A stretch of 64,000 bases of DNA from Callorhinchus milii (Eukaryota): contig NW_024704742.1 in assembly GCF_018977255.1 (NCBI RefSeq), positions 119,414,001 to 119,478,000 on the forward strand, in the 5' to 3' direction. A model generated the notes under the pieces. The model searched no databases and had not been told where the DNA came from. It was given only the letters and a program-made list of their open reading frames with translations. This document shows, one piece after another, positions 12,850-27,270 of the stretch. The first letter of the stretch is position 1. Each line of letters starts with the position of its first letter. The translations under genes were made by a program, and so were the position numbers.

Positions 12850-13110
12850 TGAGGAGTGAAACCAGAAAGCATTTTTTGACACAAAGGGTACTGAAAACCT
12901 GGAACTCTCTTCTGCAAAAGGCTGTGGATGCTGGATGCATTGACATTTTCAAGACTGAGGTGGATAGATATTTGTTAGGTAAGGGTATCAAGGAATATGG
13001 GGAAAAGGCGGGTAAAAGGAGTTGAGGTACAGATCAGCCATGACCTAATAAAATGGCGGAACAGGCTCGAGAGACTGAATGGTCCACTCCTGTTCTTATG
13101 TTCCTATGTA
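12850..13110 (+). mobile_element. CR1 3' end
   Basis: RKHFLTQRVLKTWNSL..FKTEVDRYL followed by a TTCTTATGTTCCTATG tail. Confidence 0.88.
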
Positions 13111-13376
13111 CCTAACATCACTCAGATGCCTATATTAACTTCTGTGCCGTTAGATTACACATAAAGAATGACTTCTATTCAAACTCCACAATACTCTTTG
13201 ATACTCACAATCTCCCAAGTGCAAACAGAACTACACTAAAGTGAATATTTCCATTTCCTGGACCACCCTCCTTTACAGCTTCTCTGAGCAAAATTGCCAA
13301 GTTATTGTTATTGCAATCACTTTTGTTGCTGTGTATGGAAATCCACTTTTTTTATTTGAGTACCACAGTATTTGTT

Positions 13377-13734
13377 ATAACAATAATAAATCTTACATTT
13401 GATATAGCGCTTTATTACGTCGTTGAGACATCTCAAAGTGATATATTGTAAAGTGAATTGACTGTATTTTGTTGGCAGAATGCAGCAGCCAATTGCGCAT
13501 ATCAGTGTCCCACAAACAGTCATGGATTGAGTGATCATATAATTTTATTTTTGAGGGTTTACTCCCCTGGAAAGCAATCCAACAATCGACTAACAACCGG
13601 GTTCCTACTTACCTCTAGGTACAAAGAGGCGTGTAGAATAAGGAAACTTGCTAAAGTTTTCGGCCCACTCGAGAATCGAACCCTGGTCCTTTCACTTGCG
13701 ATGTGAGCATGCTAACCACTACGCTACAGGACTC
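13377..13734 (-). mobile_element. tRNA SINE, long form
   Basis: Full head, central segment and tail; homologous to 1843-2224. Confidence 0.9.
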
Positions 13735-15062
13735 CTGCCACCCCCCCACTACTTACCCACCCCTCATTGTCAGGGCTCACACATAAATTAGTTCAGTGAA
13801 ATTCATTTTAATTTCGAACAGCGTGGCTTTGTTAAATTGTGATTTGCAAAAAGATCCCTTCAAAATGTGCAACTCTCAGCATGAACAGGGAGTACTGTGG
13901 TGTCTGTGGGAACGACTCGCGTGACAAACTGTCTCCATCTGCTATGTGCTATTTCATGCAGTGGATCAGCTTCCTGAGAGCACAACAGCAGGGCCGCCCA
14001 TCAGGAATAATTCCCTTTCCTGGCCAAATGAGTGAAAAAATAAAAGAGACTGTTCAATTAAACATACCCCTTTTACTGTAACCCTTTCCAGTAGTAGTGG
14101 CAGATTTTTTATAAAAAATGTGGCATTGCAAGAACAACGTATTTTTATTCTGTTCCTGTGATAATCAAATAACTGACAATCCTTGCATTTGGTATAGCAC
14201 CTTTCAAGTTGGGAGGACGTCTCAAAAGCACTTCACAGGATTCATTATAAAAGGTAGTGACTGTATATTTTGTAATCAAATGTAACCGGGTAAGGGGAAA
14301 GGGCAGAGAATTGGGATTAAACCAGTTAGCTTCTGTAGAAGGTCTCCCTCTGGAACTCCCTGATTTAAGCCTTCCCCTCTTTGCCTGTTTTCAGATAATA
14401 CCTGACAACGTTCCCATTTGTCTATGCCTATGGTCATCACTTCTTCCCCCCGACTCTGAGTCAAACCACGTCATTGCTAATTGCTCAAGACATTATCTGA
14501 TGTGAAGGACACTATATAGTTACAAGTTGTTGTTGTGCCAGCATAGGCTTAATGGGCTGAATGGCCTCCTTCTCAGGGAGCATTAAGCAGATGCAGTTTT
14601 GCTGCTGGAATGCAAAGCTTCTATCTTCTTTCATTGAAACCTGAGCATTAATTTCAAATAACAGTCTAAATACAACTTTAACCTGTTTTAGTGCCAACCT
14701 TATTGATCTTCAACATGTCAGTGCTGGCTCTTGAAACCTGTGGAGGTAATCACAGTAATAACACAAGTGACAACATTTATTGAAAGTGTGAAGAGGGGTC
14801 AAACACTTCTTTAGACAATTAATACTTGTCATTTACCTTAAACATACATGACAGGCCAGGCTGGGGATGTCCACTGTGTTGGTGTCAATGATGACAGAGG
14901 CCAAAATGTAACTATCTGTTGGAATTTTCTCAGTTCAGTGGTCGTTACTCACATGAGGAAAATGATCAGCTGATCCATGTCTAACACCACGTGGTTTGTT
15001 CTGTCAATCGACTGTCAAACTGACCAGTGGAGTTTACACTTCAATATTTGTGATTTCATCTT

Positions 15063-16564
15063 AAGATGACAAAAGCAGGTTAAAGAGAAATCTGCACTTC
15101 AAGTGCTAGAAATCCTTAATGCTTAAGAAGGGAATGCAGGAAATAGCATATCATGTAAACCTTCCAAAAAACATATAACCTCTATCTAGAAAAAAATGTA
15201 AAACTCCAGCCCCACAGCATTAGTGTAGGGTCACACAATTCTTGGTTTTGTTTGTACTGCAATACCAATGAATGTGTCATTCTGTGGTCAGTCACTTGCT
15301 CAACTAACATCACAAAAAGTTTTCCACTGTTGTTAAGTTACAGTTTTATTCGAACTCCCCTTTTGAAGTGTTCAAATGGTTTCGCCTCCCTCCCCCATCC
15401 GGTCACCTGCGAGGCACCCCAGGGCTCCATTCTTGGCCCTCTTCTTTTCCTTATCTATATGCTCCCTCTGGGCGATATCATCCACAGACATGTGTAAACT
15501 TCTACATGTATGCGGATAACACACAAATCTACTTTGCTTCCTCCAGCACCAACTCCAGGTCCGTCGATGTTCTATCAGCTTGTCTGGCAGGCATCAGGAC
15601 CTGGATGAGTGCAAACGTCCTGCAGTTGAATATGGACAGACGGAAGCCATACTCTTTGGCTCCCGTCAACGTCTTCACTCCTGTGGATCTGAACTCCTCA
15701 ACCTCCCTGGGCTCTCCCTCAGACTCAATGAACCAGTGCACAACATAGAAATCTGGTTCAACCCCCAGCTGTCCTCCCTCCCCCACATCCTGTCCCTGAC
15801 CAGGACTGCCTTCTTCCACCTCCACCACATTGCCCGCCTCTGACCGTACCTTACCCCAAATACAGCCAAATCCCTTGTGCATGTGTTTGTCACCACTTGG
15901 ATTACTCCACTGCACTCCTCGCCAGTCTCCCCAGCTCTACCATTCAAAAGATCCAGCTCATTCCAAATTCTGCCGCTCCCATACTGACCCGGACCAAACT
16001 CCGTATCCACATCTCACCAGTTCTGGCCAGGCTCCACTGGCTCCCCATCACCGAATGGATTGACTTCAAGATCCTCACACTTGTGTTCAAATCCCTTCAC
16101 TCCCTGGCACCTCCCTACCTCTCCGACCTCCTCACTCCCCAGTCCACCACCCGGTGCCTCCGCTTGACTGGCATCAGCCTCCTGCTTGTCCCTTGCACCC
16201 TCCACCCCACAAAATAATGGTACAAAATATTACATTATACTACAAACTACAGTTTAGTTCAGCGTTGTTCCAAAAACAATAAAGGGTCTAAATTGCAAGT
16301 TATGTAAAAGGATTAGGAAATAGGGAATCCCGAGTGCATTTCAGTTGATGCTCTGGAACTCCACATATTGATCTCATTTGCACCTTCTATAATGTCTGTG
16401 TCGGACCAGAATTCTGGAGCATTGGCTGTGACACATCAGGAATTTTCTATTCCTTCTCATTTTGCAAATCTTGATAGCAAACCACTATCAGGACTTGGTC
16501 TGCATAGTTCAGGGAATCTAGCACTTGAAATGCAGCTTTCACTTTGACGTGCTTTCAACATCTT
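15063..16564. mobile_element. Old TIR-bounded putative DNA transposon with nested L2
   Basis: 57-bp inverted repeats at 15063-15119 and 16508-16564; 45/57 identical by manual alignment. Confidence 0.6.
15368..16205 (+). mobile_element. L2 RT fragment, frameshifted
   Basis: PQGSILGPLLFLIYM, YADNTQIY and LARLHWLP motifs. Confidence 0.92.
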
Positions 16565-16926
16565 TGTCCTTCCACCCTATTCAGCTCCCCAGCTGCACCC
16601 CCTCCCGGCTCAAGTACCCAGCCAACTATGCAAAGATCTTTGAGACATCCTCCTGACACGAAAAGTGTGATCTAAATGTAAAGTTTATTCTATTTTACTC
16701 TAACGAGCCACCTTTCACTTGTTCTCTTGTTTAGTGGTTACTGACAAAACGATTGATGATTTGCTGCTTGTCGCTGTCACCCTTCACTGATCAGTATCTC
16801 CAATGAAGCTTTCACCATTTCACAAAAGCACCAGTTTCAGACACAGAGAGCATGGTTCATCCTCAGATCAGTTACAGACATGGAAGGTTATTTGGTGTGT
16901 GTGTGTTTGTGTGAATTGGTCTATCT

Positions 16927-17200
16927 GTCACCTCACAAGCAAGAGACCTGGGTTCAATTCCCGGTAGGGCAAAACCTTGGGCAACTTTCCTTACTACATA
17001 TGCCTGATAATAATCCCTCAAGTAAAAAAAACAATAATAACTTGGTCACTTCAATCCACAACTGTCTGTGGGCAATTGGCTGCCATGTTTCACCCACAAA
17101 TATATAGTCAATTCACTTTACAGTATATTTTGTGAATTGCTTTGAGATATCTGGAAGATGTGAAAAGCGCTATATCAAATTCAAGGATTATTATTATTTA
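16927..17200 (+). mobile_element. tRNA SINE, short form
   Basis: B box GGTTCAATTCC; lacks the central segment; (ATT)n tail. Confidence 0.85.
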
Positions 17201-17234
17201 TATTATATAACTGGGACATTTTCCATTGGAACAA

Positions 17235-18300
17235 AGACTTTAAAATTATGAAGGGTTTTCATTGAGTCAATAGGGAAAAAGGATTTTCACTGGTAAGTAG
17301 AGGGCATCAATTTAAGATAGTTAATAAATTGACCAAATGGGGAGGTCAGGATAAATGTTTTCATGCCCAGAGTAGTTGGATATGGAATATCCTGCTGGGA
17401 GCAGTGATTGAGGCAGTATTCATATTGGCTTCAAGAAGGACTGGACAAATACCTTAAGAGTCAGCTGTAAAGATAGGTCGAAAGGGCAGGTAAAGAAGAC
17501 TGTAAAGTTTGTTCTTGAGGGAACCGACACAGACACGATCAGCTGAATTAGCTTTTTCTCTGCCGTAAATTTATATGGTTCATTAGTTCTATGAGCAGAG
17601 CGATCAAGCGATCATAGATCTATAGGTCATTAAAACCGAGTTCGCTGGTCCAGAAAGCAGTCAACAGTGCAAATGGGACACTGGCCTTAAAAGCAAAGGT
17701 CTGCAATATAAAAACAACGAGGTGACACTCCACTTAAATTGAGTGCTGGTCAGATTTCATTTATAGTACAGTATTAAGTTTTCGGCACTCAGTATTAACA
17801 AGGATATGCTAGCCTTCGAGGATGTCTAGTGATGATACATTAGTTTAATACATGGTCCTAATTAATGATGAGAGCCTGGTAGAACTGAGCTTATGCTCCT
17901 TGGATTAGAGTAAGTTAAGAGATGATTTGTTTGAGATATTTAAAATGAAAGGAATTCAGAGGTTAGCAAGTGGGCCAGTAGCCCAACGTACACACTGGGA
18001 TCCCTAAACTTTGGCTCTTGCCAACTTGCGCAAAAGAGGACGTTCCATTCCAACAATCTATCTCTGGAATTGCCACGTGTAGCTGCTTACACATGGAATT
18101 CTCATCTTGGTTTGGGTACTCTTAAGCACGGTGATGGGTTTCCGCATATGTCATACACCCGGCTGACTAAAAAGAAAGAACTGAGGTCAGGAAGCATTTT
18201 TTCACTTAAAGAGAGGGTTGTGAAGACATGAAATGCTCTGTCCTAGAAAGATGGAGAAATGGATCATTAGAAAAGTTTAAAAGAGAGATGGACAGGTAAT
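17235..18300 (+). mobile_element. Decayed CR1 fragments, interrupted by the unclassified repeat at ~17975-18180
   Basis: CR1 ORF2 C-terminal motifs in several frames. Confidence 0.7.
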
Positions 18301-18720
18301 AACATAACATAACATGTAGGAGCAGGAGTAGGCCATTCGGCCCTTCAAACCTGCCTCGCCATTCAATCATGGCTGATCTTCTAATCTAACTCCAGCTAAT
18401 AACCTAACCCTGCCTTATCCCCATATCTCTTAATCCCTTTTGCAATAAGAAATCTATCTATCTCAGTCTTGACTGAGCGTCAACAGCCCTTCGGGGTAGT
18501 GAGTTCCATACATTCACCATCCTTTGAGTGAAGAAGTTCTTCCTCAACTCAGTGCGAAAGGGCTGGCCTCTGATTTTAAGGTTGTCTCCACTGGTTTTAG
18601 TTTCTCCAACCAGGGGAAACAATCTCCCACTATCTACTCTATCGTGTCCTTTGATGATCTTATAGGTTTCTTTAAGATCCCCTCTAATTCTTCTATATTC
18701 TAGAGAAAATAGGCCCAAAT
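18300..18720 (-). mobile_element. CR1 3' end
   Basis: GLFSLEYRRIRGDLKETYKII..FFTQRMVNVWNSLP. Confidence 0.9.
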
Positions 18721-20976
18721 TGGGTAATGGAGGGTATGGTGCAAGGGCAAGGCATTAGGATTAAATGATCTGTCAATATCTAATAAATCGGTGGAACAGG
18801 CTCAATGTGCTGATTGACCTCCTTCAGATTTTCTATGTTCTTATGTATGGAGAAAAAGCCTGGGGATAATGGATTAGAAGATCTGACATAATTTAATAAA
18901 CTGGAGGAACATTTTATTATTGCTTCTATATTCACACCAGGAAGTAACATTATCAACGGAGCTATTAGACCCCACATTGCAGTCTTTGGTTTCGTTCATT
19001 TAATAAACTTTATCTGGACTGCACCTCCATCAAAACTCTTCAGTCTGGCAATAAATCCTACTGTCTTCTATGCTGTTGTGAAAAGCAGTTATTTTAACTG
19101 TTAAATAAATAAGTCTAATATCCTGTGCAAAAGATTTGTGATACTCAAGTAATAAAAGACAAACAGAATAGAGATAGGCAACACTGTACTTCATTATAAC
19201 AACAAGGAGAATTATTTGCTGTCAGGGAAATGATTTTCCATTTTAATTTCCATCTTTCTTCTGTCAACAACAAAAAAAATCCTTCCATTGATTTAATGGC
19301 TTTCACATTGGGATGAAGTCTCAATGGGCTACACATGATAAAGTGTAGTTACTCTGTATCTTGTAGGTGAACAAGGCAACCAATTTTCGTACAATGTCAG
19401 AGGTGCAGTCTTCTTATGAGATGTTAATCTGAGATCATGTTTGCCAGTTCGGGTAGCAGTTAAAGTCACCAATCCTCCTGATAAAATTGAGCCATGACAT
19501 ATAGTAAGAGAAATGACATATAGTAAGTGTAGTATGCTTGGAATACTGAGTCAACTTTGGATCTAAAGTTCTCAAAGCTTTACACTGTGTTGGTAGACTA
19601 ATCCATGTAGAATTAATTGCTGTCAACATCTTCATTATTGTAGCATGCAACTGCTAGGATGGTAGAAGATGGACTGGTTGGATCTTGGTATTTTTTTGTC
19701 TAGCAATTCCTATGTTTCTAATTGGTCATTCACTTCATGGCTGTTTGTGGGACATTACTGTGTGCAAATTGGCTGCCTCAAACATGTACAAATACAGTCA
19801 CTACATTTTGCAGTAAATCTGTGAAGCACTTTGAGACTTCCTGGTGATGTAATAGTCACCATCTAAGTACAAGTTGGTGTTGACAAGGGACTATATCAAA
19901 TGTAAGGAGTGTTAGAAGCAGGCTTTTCAGTAAGTACAAGGTTAATGGCAAAGTGAAAAAAAACTATGCAAGTCATTTTTTGTGAGGATGTATCTATTGT
20001 ACTGACATTATAAACTGATTATTACTGTAGTAATGAAGATGATAAATTATCTTTGACATTAATGTTAGGATGTATAACAGGAGTATCAGCCTCTCCATTT
20101 GAATGAGAAGTGATTCCAAGATTTACGATGCAATAAAATGGCTCTAATGCCTTTTTCTTACCTCTATGCATGAAATTCTAATTTGCTGTATTTCTTAACA
20201 ATTTCTCTAGGGAATCCTGCTGGAATTTCTGTTGTAGAAGCAGCACCCATTGAAGTATTTGGAAAAAGAGAAGTATGTTGGCATGGTTATCAGAAGACAC
20301 CCACATTTGCAGAACTGCAATTCCTTGTTGAGGAATCCATGGTAGGATTGCTGGAGATGCTGAGATAGGGTAGGACAAAACTGTGGAGGAATCTGAGTGT
20401 AAGGACAAGGATCTTGAGTTTGATTTGCTGGGAATGAAGAGCCAGTGGAACAAAGTGAGGATGGGAGGGATAGGCTTGTGGAGCCTGGTGCAGAAGATAT
20501 GGGCTGTCTGCATGTGTAGCAAGGAACTGAGGAGTCTAGCGAGAGGGTGTTGGATTAATTGACCACATGTCTCTGAAAAAAACTCCTTTTTTTAAAAAAA
20601 GAAAAAACATTCATTTGTGACAAACATCTCAAAGTGTTTCACAGGCAATTCCTGTCAAGTGATTACATTTGTATGCAAGTGTGGCAGCCATTTGCATCAG
20701 CACAGTCCCGCACACAGCCATGAGGTAAATGACTAATTAATCTGGAGGATTAACTAATTAGGACACATGGGAGAAACTCCTTTCTGTTTTCCAATAGTGT
20801 TAAGCGATCTATAATGTTCACCTGTAGAGGCAGGTGGGACTCGGTTTAGCAAAATAGACCCCCAGACAATACATTGAATGTTCAACACTGCCCTGGACTC
20901 CCAGCCTAGAATATGAACTCAAGAGGTGAGAGTGATATCAACTGAGCCAAGATGCCAATAAACAATTAATATATTG

Positions 20977-21292
20977 TAATAATAATAATCCTTGCATTTT
21001 GATATAATGCTTTTCACGTCGGGAGGATGTCCCAAAGCGCTTCACAGAACACACTGTAAAGTGAATTGACTGTATATTTGTGGGCGAACGCGGCAGCCGA
21101 TTGCGCACAGCAATGTCCCACAAACAATCGTAGATTGAAAATGACCAATTTATTATTGTTTTTGGTTTTTGGAGGGATTATTATTAGGCGTGTGGAGTAA
21201 GGAAACTTGCCCAAGGTTTGGCCCTGCCTGGAATTGAACTCAGGTCTCTCGGTTGCAAAGCGAGTGCTCTAACCACTGAGCTACAGGACTCC
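20977..21292 (-). mobile_element. tRNA SINE, short form, young
   Basis: Complete copy, highly similar to 31374-31692. Confidence 0.92.
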
Positions 21293-24200
21293 ACAATACA
21301 TGTAGCATGTATAAATGATTTAATGTGTTTTCACAATGAAATACAGATAGAATACAGATCTAAATCTAAATAAACATCATGGCAGTCTAGTCCTCTTAGA
21401 TTGGTCATTACAGCAGCCAATTCACCCAACAATGCATCCGATTCACCTACAGAATAGACAGTCGCTACACATTACAATAATTCCTGTGGAAACCTTTGAG
21501 ACATCCTCCCAATGTGAAAGGCACTGTACTGAATGTAGGATTATTACTTATATAAAAAATTAAAAGTTAAATTCCAAAGCACAAATGTTGTTTCTTTATC
21601 TTAACAGGATATGAACTTCCTGAAACAAACAATTTGGAGGTTTCATTAAGAGATCCTCTTTCAGTTTGTGTTGTAATATAGTTTGCAGTTTAGCAATAAA
21701 CAATGCACATTCTCGCTTCCTATAATCCAGCAAGTGTAAATATCAATATTCAGTCTGCTTTAATATTGCTCTCACGGCCACCTCTGGATTACTGAATGAG
21801 GAAGAATCCCGTTTGAAGCACCTTCAGATCATACACACAATCCACGTGAGGTATTTATGCATGCCTGAGAGCAGCAGAGGCATATTTTCCCTATCGTCCT
21901 GGAGAGTGGTGTGCGAGAGTTTGTGCAACCAGCAACAAGCCACAACGAGCAGACATTACACATCGGGGTCGAAAGTGCACTCTTTAGGGAAGCGGTAATA
22001 TTATTAACACTTTCCAGTGTAAACTATGTCTTCATCAGGGAACTCCTATCCAATGTTATACACCTACAAAAGACAAAGTCACTACACTTTACTGCAATAA
22101 CAATAATAATCCTTGCATTTGATATGGTGCCTTATCACATCATTGAGATATCTCAAAGTGCTTCACAGAGTATACTTTAAAGTGAATTGAGTGTATATTT
22201 TGTGGGCGAAACACAACAGCCAATTGTACACAGCAGTGTCCCCCAAACAGTCATTGATTGAGTGACCAAATTATTATTATTTAATTAAGAGATCCTCTAT
22301 AACTCTGTAAGCCTGTGACGTTTGAGGTCCTCCCCACATGGAATACGTTATATCAAATTTAAGGATTTTTATTATTAGTATTTCTTAAAAAATATATTTA
22401 ACTTTTTTTATGATTATTACAATTATACTGACTCATCAGACATCAGCTCCGAACAGGATCTAAACAGAGTCAAGGTCTCGCGAGTTGGATGGGGGAGAAT
22501 CTCACAGTGTAAACTGAGAGTTGGAGGCTTTTCCGACAGCAAGGTAACCCTAACGCCTCTGCTTGACATTAAATTTTTCAATCTGAATTCCAGCAAGTCT
22601 TGGCTTATACGACCGATTTATTTTAAAATCATAGACTTTTATGAACTGCAAAAACAGGCTTCAAAATGAAAACAGAATTTAAGATTTTCCACAATTCTGC
22701 AACGTTACATTGTAACACTAAATGGTGTAACCAGACTAAGACTAAATGAAATTTCAGACTTCATATATTTAATTGATTTCTCCAAAGCCCTGTAAGTAAC
22801 AACATTGTTTGTGCATATTAATTTTCCTTTCCCCTTGAGTGGTTATTTTGACAGATTAGATACAGTCTGCTGTGCAAGCTTAGTGAACTGAGTAAACAAG
22901 ACTTTTTTTTATTTTTCAATTCTTTCAAGAACAAATTAGCTTTCTATTAGGAAATAATATCTCGAGATACAATATATAGTTTGGGACACAACATGTTCTT
23001 GCAACTGCCAGGATGGTGGAAGGCAAATTCTTATGTTCTTATATCAAATGTAATTATTATCATTATTATTATTATGTTTTGGCCCCTCTTAGCTACAAAA
23101 AGGAAGCTCCCACTCAGCTCATTGATGGAAAGTTGAACGGTAAAGAATGTGTGGGGAGAGAAAACAAAGCAGAAGAGGAACAGATCATTTATGATAAATG
23201 GCTCATTGTTCCAACATTGCAAGGAATCCAGTCAGCCTTTGCCAACATATTCAAGGTTAAAACACAGCATTTCAAATAGAATTCATATAATCGTAGAAAA
23301 TAATTGACTAGGATGGTGCCCGCTGAGATCAAACGGAGGACATAAGATCCTCACCGGTGCATTAAAGTTAAACCAAGCCTGTGTGAACAGTCACGCACCT
23401 TTTTCATAGGTGAACAGACACCCACCATCCTCATGTGATCTGGGTGGCCAATCACACAGGCATCATCAACAGCGGACACATGACAGTAGCCCAGTAATCA
23501 ATAGGGATGTTTGAAAGAAAGGTAAACAGATACTTTTACGAAGACAGAGGGTCTCCTGCTCAGCTCCTGTCAGCGCCTTCTCAATTCAGGTGCTGACCTC
23601 ATCGATCTGAATGGATGCACTCTCAATCTTCCAGAGCTAATGCGAAACCTCACTGTCTGTTCAATACTTATTATTATTATTAACTGTCCTTTAAGCCTCA
23701 TGTCTGGACTCACAGTCATTCAGATTTCCCTCATTTCTGCAGCATTGCTCTTCTCCGCCATTACCTCTACCCAGAGTTGATTTACTAACGAATAAAGGTG
23801 CTGAACAGACAAGGGTTTGCAACAGAACTGGGGTTTAGAATCAAGAGGGGTGGAGGGCAAAGGGAATGGAGGTGGGAGGATGACTGAAGGTGATCCACTC
23901 CACTATCAATGGGTGAATTTTCAGCTATTCCATCCCGCTTTCTGGAAATCCATCTCATAGTCCCTCTATCTCGCCCACCTCCCTCACTAACTTTAAAGCC
24001 CGTCTTAAGACATTTGTTTTCGACTGCACTTTTGCTCACCTCTTCTCCTCCCTTCCTCAGATTCCCACATTCCAGCCTGGGTTCCCAGCCAATGCTGTGA
24101 AGCATTTAGAGACAAAGGCACCATATAAATCTAAAATTGTTGTTGTACTTGGGCCGTAGAAATATCAATGGGTATGGCGAAAGAGTGGGTCATTGAGATT

Positions 24201-24479
24201 AAAAATCTGCCAACATCTAATAAACTGGTGGAACGGGTTCAATGGGCTGAATGATTTCTTCCTGTTCCTTTTTTCCTAAGTTTCTAAATGGGCCCAAGGG
24301 CCTTCTTCATCTGAACCTCTCATGTGATATTGTATGGTTTATGAGGATCTTACTCTAATGGTCCCACGTAAAGCTAACTAATGTGCTTTTACTCACTACT
24401 CTGGTAAAATTAATCATTTAATAAAATAACCCAGGTACAGCCTTCGACCTAAAGGAGGGTACTGTATAACATTGATTTC

Positions 24480-24690
24480 ACGCGCCTGATAATAGTCCTT
24501 CAAAAAAAAACAATAATGTATTGGTCATTTCAATCCACGACTGTTTGTGGGACACTGCTGTGTGCAATTGGCTGCCGCGTTTCGCCCACAAAAATACAGT
24601 CATTTCACTTTACAGTCTTCTGTGAAGTGCTTTGAGACGTCTCGAAGACGTGAAAAGAGCTATATCAAATGCAAGGATTATTATTATTAT
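24480..24690 (+). mobile_element. 5'-truncated SINE (short form)
   Basis: Shared 3' module and (ATT)n tail. Confidence 0.85.
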
Positions 24691-26884
24691 TGTTGTGTAG
24701 ATGGTCACCAGACAAGCAGTGTTAGTCTGACTTTTTGTAGAGGGCCAGGAGTACATAATAGAGTCTTAGCTGGTTTAGCTTACTGACTTTGTGAAGGAGA
24801 AGGTTAATGAATTGTGTTGGACCTCAGAATTGCTCTAAGCTTTCCCCTCATATCTGTGAGTATTCTTGGATAACCCTGATTAATTCATAAATCATGTCTC
24901 CACAAAGTACAAATGGAATAAAATCTACAACATGAATCAACTGGGTTAGTGTGCAAAGAGCTGGTATTTCAATTATATTTCTGAAGTAGTATGGCCAGGT
25001 TGTTTTTCTAAGGTAAGATTAATTTAGAGTAATAAATCATTTGGACCACAGTGATCCAATAAATCCTAAAGTAAATGCTGAAGGACTAATACAGATAATC
25101 CTGGTCTTGTCTGCTCTTGCTGGGGGTGTAGGACAGCACCTTGAGCAATGCAACCCTTCCCCCAGCGCTGCCATAGAGCAGCAGCCAAGACTGTGAGCTC
25201 AGAGTTCCAATGTGAGGTTTGCACCCACAACCTTCTAACTCAGAGGCAAGAGCGCTACCAACTGAGCCAGGCTGACACCAGCACTTCATGTGGGGTGCGT
25301 AGAGCTTTCCTCTCTGGTTTCTATCTGTGAAAGCAGGGAACTTTGAGTCCGACCTTCCTGGACTTTTGCTTCAAGCTACTCTGGAACATCCAACTTTAAG
25401 TAAAGTTATCCTGAAGTATTCTCCCTCGGTGAGACTTTCCTGGAATATCCTCCTTTTAAACCTGGAGTCTCATTCCGAAGACTGGCAAAGGTAAATGATT
25501 AACTCTATTAAAACCACATGGAACAAAGTAACTAAAGTCTCGTTATCAACAATAACGAATCAACTAAAGGGACAATAAAATATAGTGGATTGCTTAAGAA
25601 TAATGCTATAATCCTGTACCTGAAATCAAAGCTCATTTGAAACAAAACAGGGCTCAAACCTTTCAGGACCCCATGGGGGAGGGAGGGGGGATTTTATCCG
25701 GTGTTCAAATTTACTAAGCAATAAATATAACAGAGCAGCAGACAGCTGGGAGCAAAGCCAGGCAACAACAGGAGAAAACATTCCCCTGATGGAAGGAATA
25801 ACAAAAGAAATCAACTAAACAAAGAAAAAACCTTCAACTCGGTCACAATCTCTATAATTATTGCTACAGTTTACTGAGGCAGAAAATACCGTAGGTGTTC
25901 ATCTACAAATTAACTGAAATCTTGTATAATGGGTGAATACTATGTACTCTATGAGAAAGTAATACTTTTACATGCAGAATACTGAAATGATTTTATCAAC
26001 ATGCATATGCACGACCACAGAACTGGCCCGTTCACAACAACAACAAGAACAAAATTACATTTGGACAGTGCCTTTTATGTTGGAAAGACGTCCCAAGGCG
26101 CTGGATAGTTAAGGGTTCGCACCTGAGCTGGAGGTTGGAATCAAGAGGACACGACTACAGACACAGCCTGTGCACAATTATAGTCCTCCCCTAGCTCTTG
26201 GAGAAGCTAATAACAACCACAAAGAAAGTTATGAACCATGACTTAAAATAACTGCAGATTCCTCAGTGTCAGATCCTCGGGCAATATTGCATACTTGCTT
26301 GATGAAGTGGATCTGGGATATGAAGGCAGCGTCAAACAAGTTAACTAATTATGGAGTAGCTGGCTAGTATAATGTTATTGGTTCTTTGGAGCAGAGATTC
26401 CTGTTCTCTCCTTGCCTAGGTTAATTGTTCTTCATTTTAAATCCTTTGGAATTTTTGCCTCGAGTTAGCTTGGATCAAAGCGTCCTAATATGTCATCAAT
26501 CAATATTTTGAAATGGGTTTCAACATGTTCACATCCAACCTTTGCAATGAACTGACTCAGAATTAGACTTCATAGAAATCTGTATCCAAGTGAAGAGAAA
26601 TGTCTATAAACGAACACTAACAATAGGATTGAAAGCTGATTTAAAACAAACTTGCATTGTTCACTATTGAACAACAATGGTGAATGTTTCATTGGAGGTT
26701 TGGAATAAAATTTCTTACTATATGCGCAGAAGCATTAGAAACCAAGTATGCTCTCTCAATGCCTGGGAAATCAACCAACACTAGCCTAAAACTAAAGTCT
26801 GAGTACGAAATGTTCGCCTGGAAAGGGGCAGTGCTTCAAAATATATATATATATATATATATATGATGTACACTATTATCAGTT

Positions 26885-27270
26885 TGTCTCGGTTAGTAAC
26901 ACTCTCACCTCTAAGGTAGAAGGCTGTGAGTTCAAGCCCCATGACAGCACTTTGAACTCACATACATTAGGCTGACACTCCCAGTGCAATCTGTGCTGCA
27001 TTGTCGGAGGTGCCGTCCTTCAGATGAGATGTTAAACTGTGGTCCCATCTGTTTGTTCAGGTGGACATTAAAGATCCTATGTCTTGGCCAACAATCCTCC
27101 AAATCAAATTGGTCACTCACTTCATGGCTCTTTGTGGGATATTGTTGTACGCAAATGGGCTTTCACGTTCACTTACAAATACACAGATACTACACTTTAG
27201 AGTATATCCTGTGAAGCGCTTTGATATGGCAACCCACTACACCAAATGCAAGAAATATTATTATTATTAC
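26885..27270 (+). mobile_element. Deu-domain-type tRNA SINE
   Basis: GTCGGAGGTGCCGTCCTTCAGATGAGATGTTAAAC..ATTAAAGATCC core, tRNA head, L2-like tail. Confidence 0.85.

Noticed and set aside
26840..26863. (AT)n, (ATT)n and (GTT)n runs as CRISPR-like or functional arrays
   Set aside because: Simple microsatellites and retroposon tails; no repeat-spacer structure anywhere in the window.
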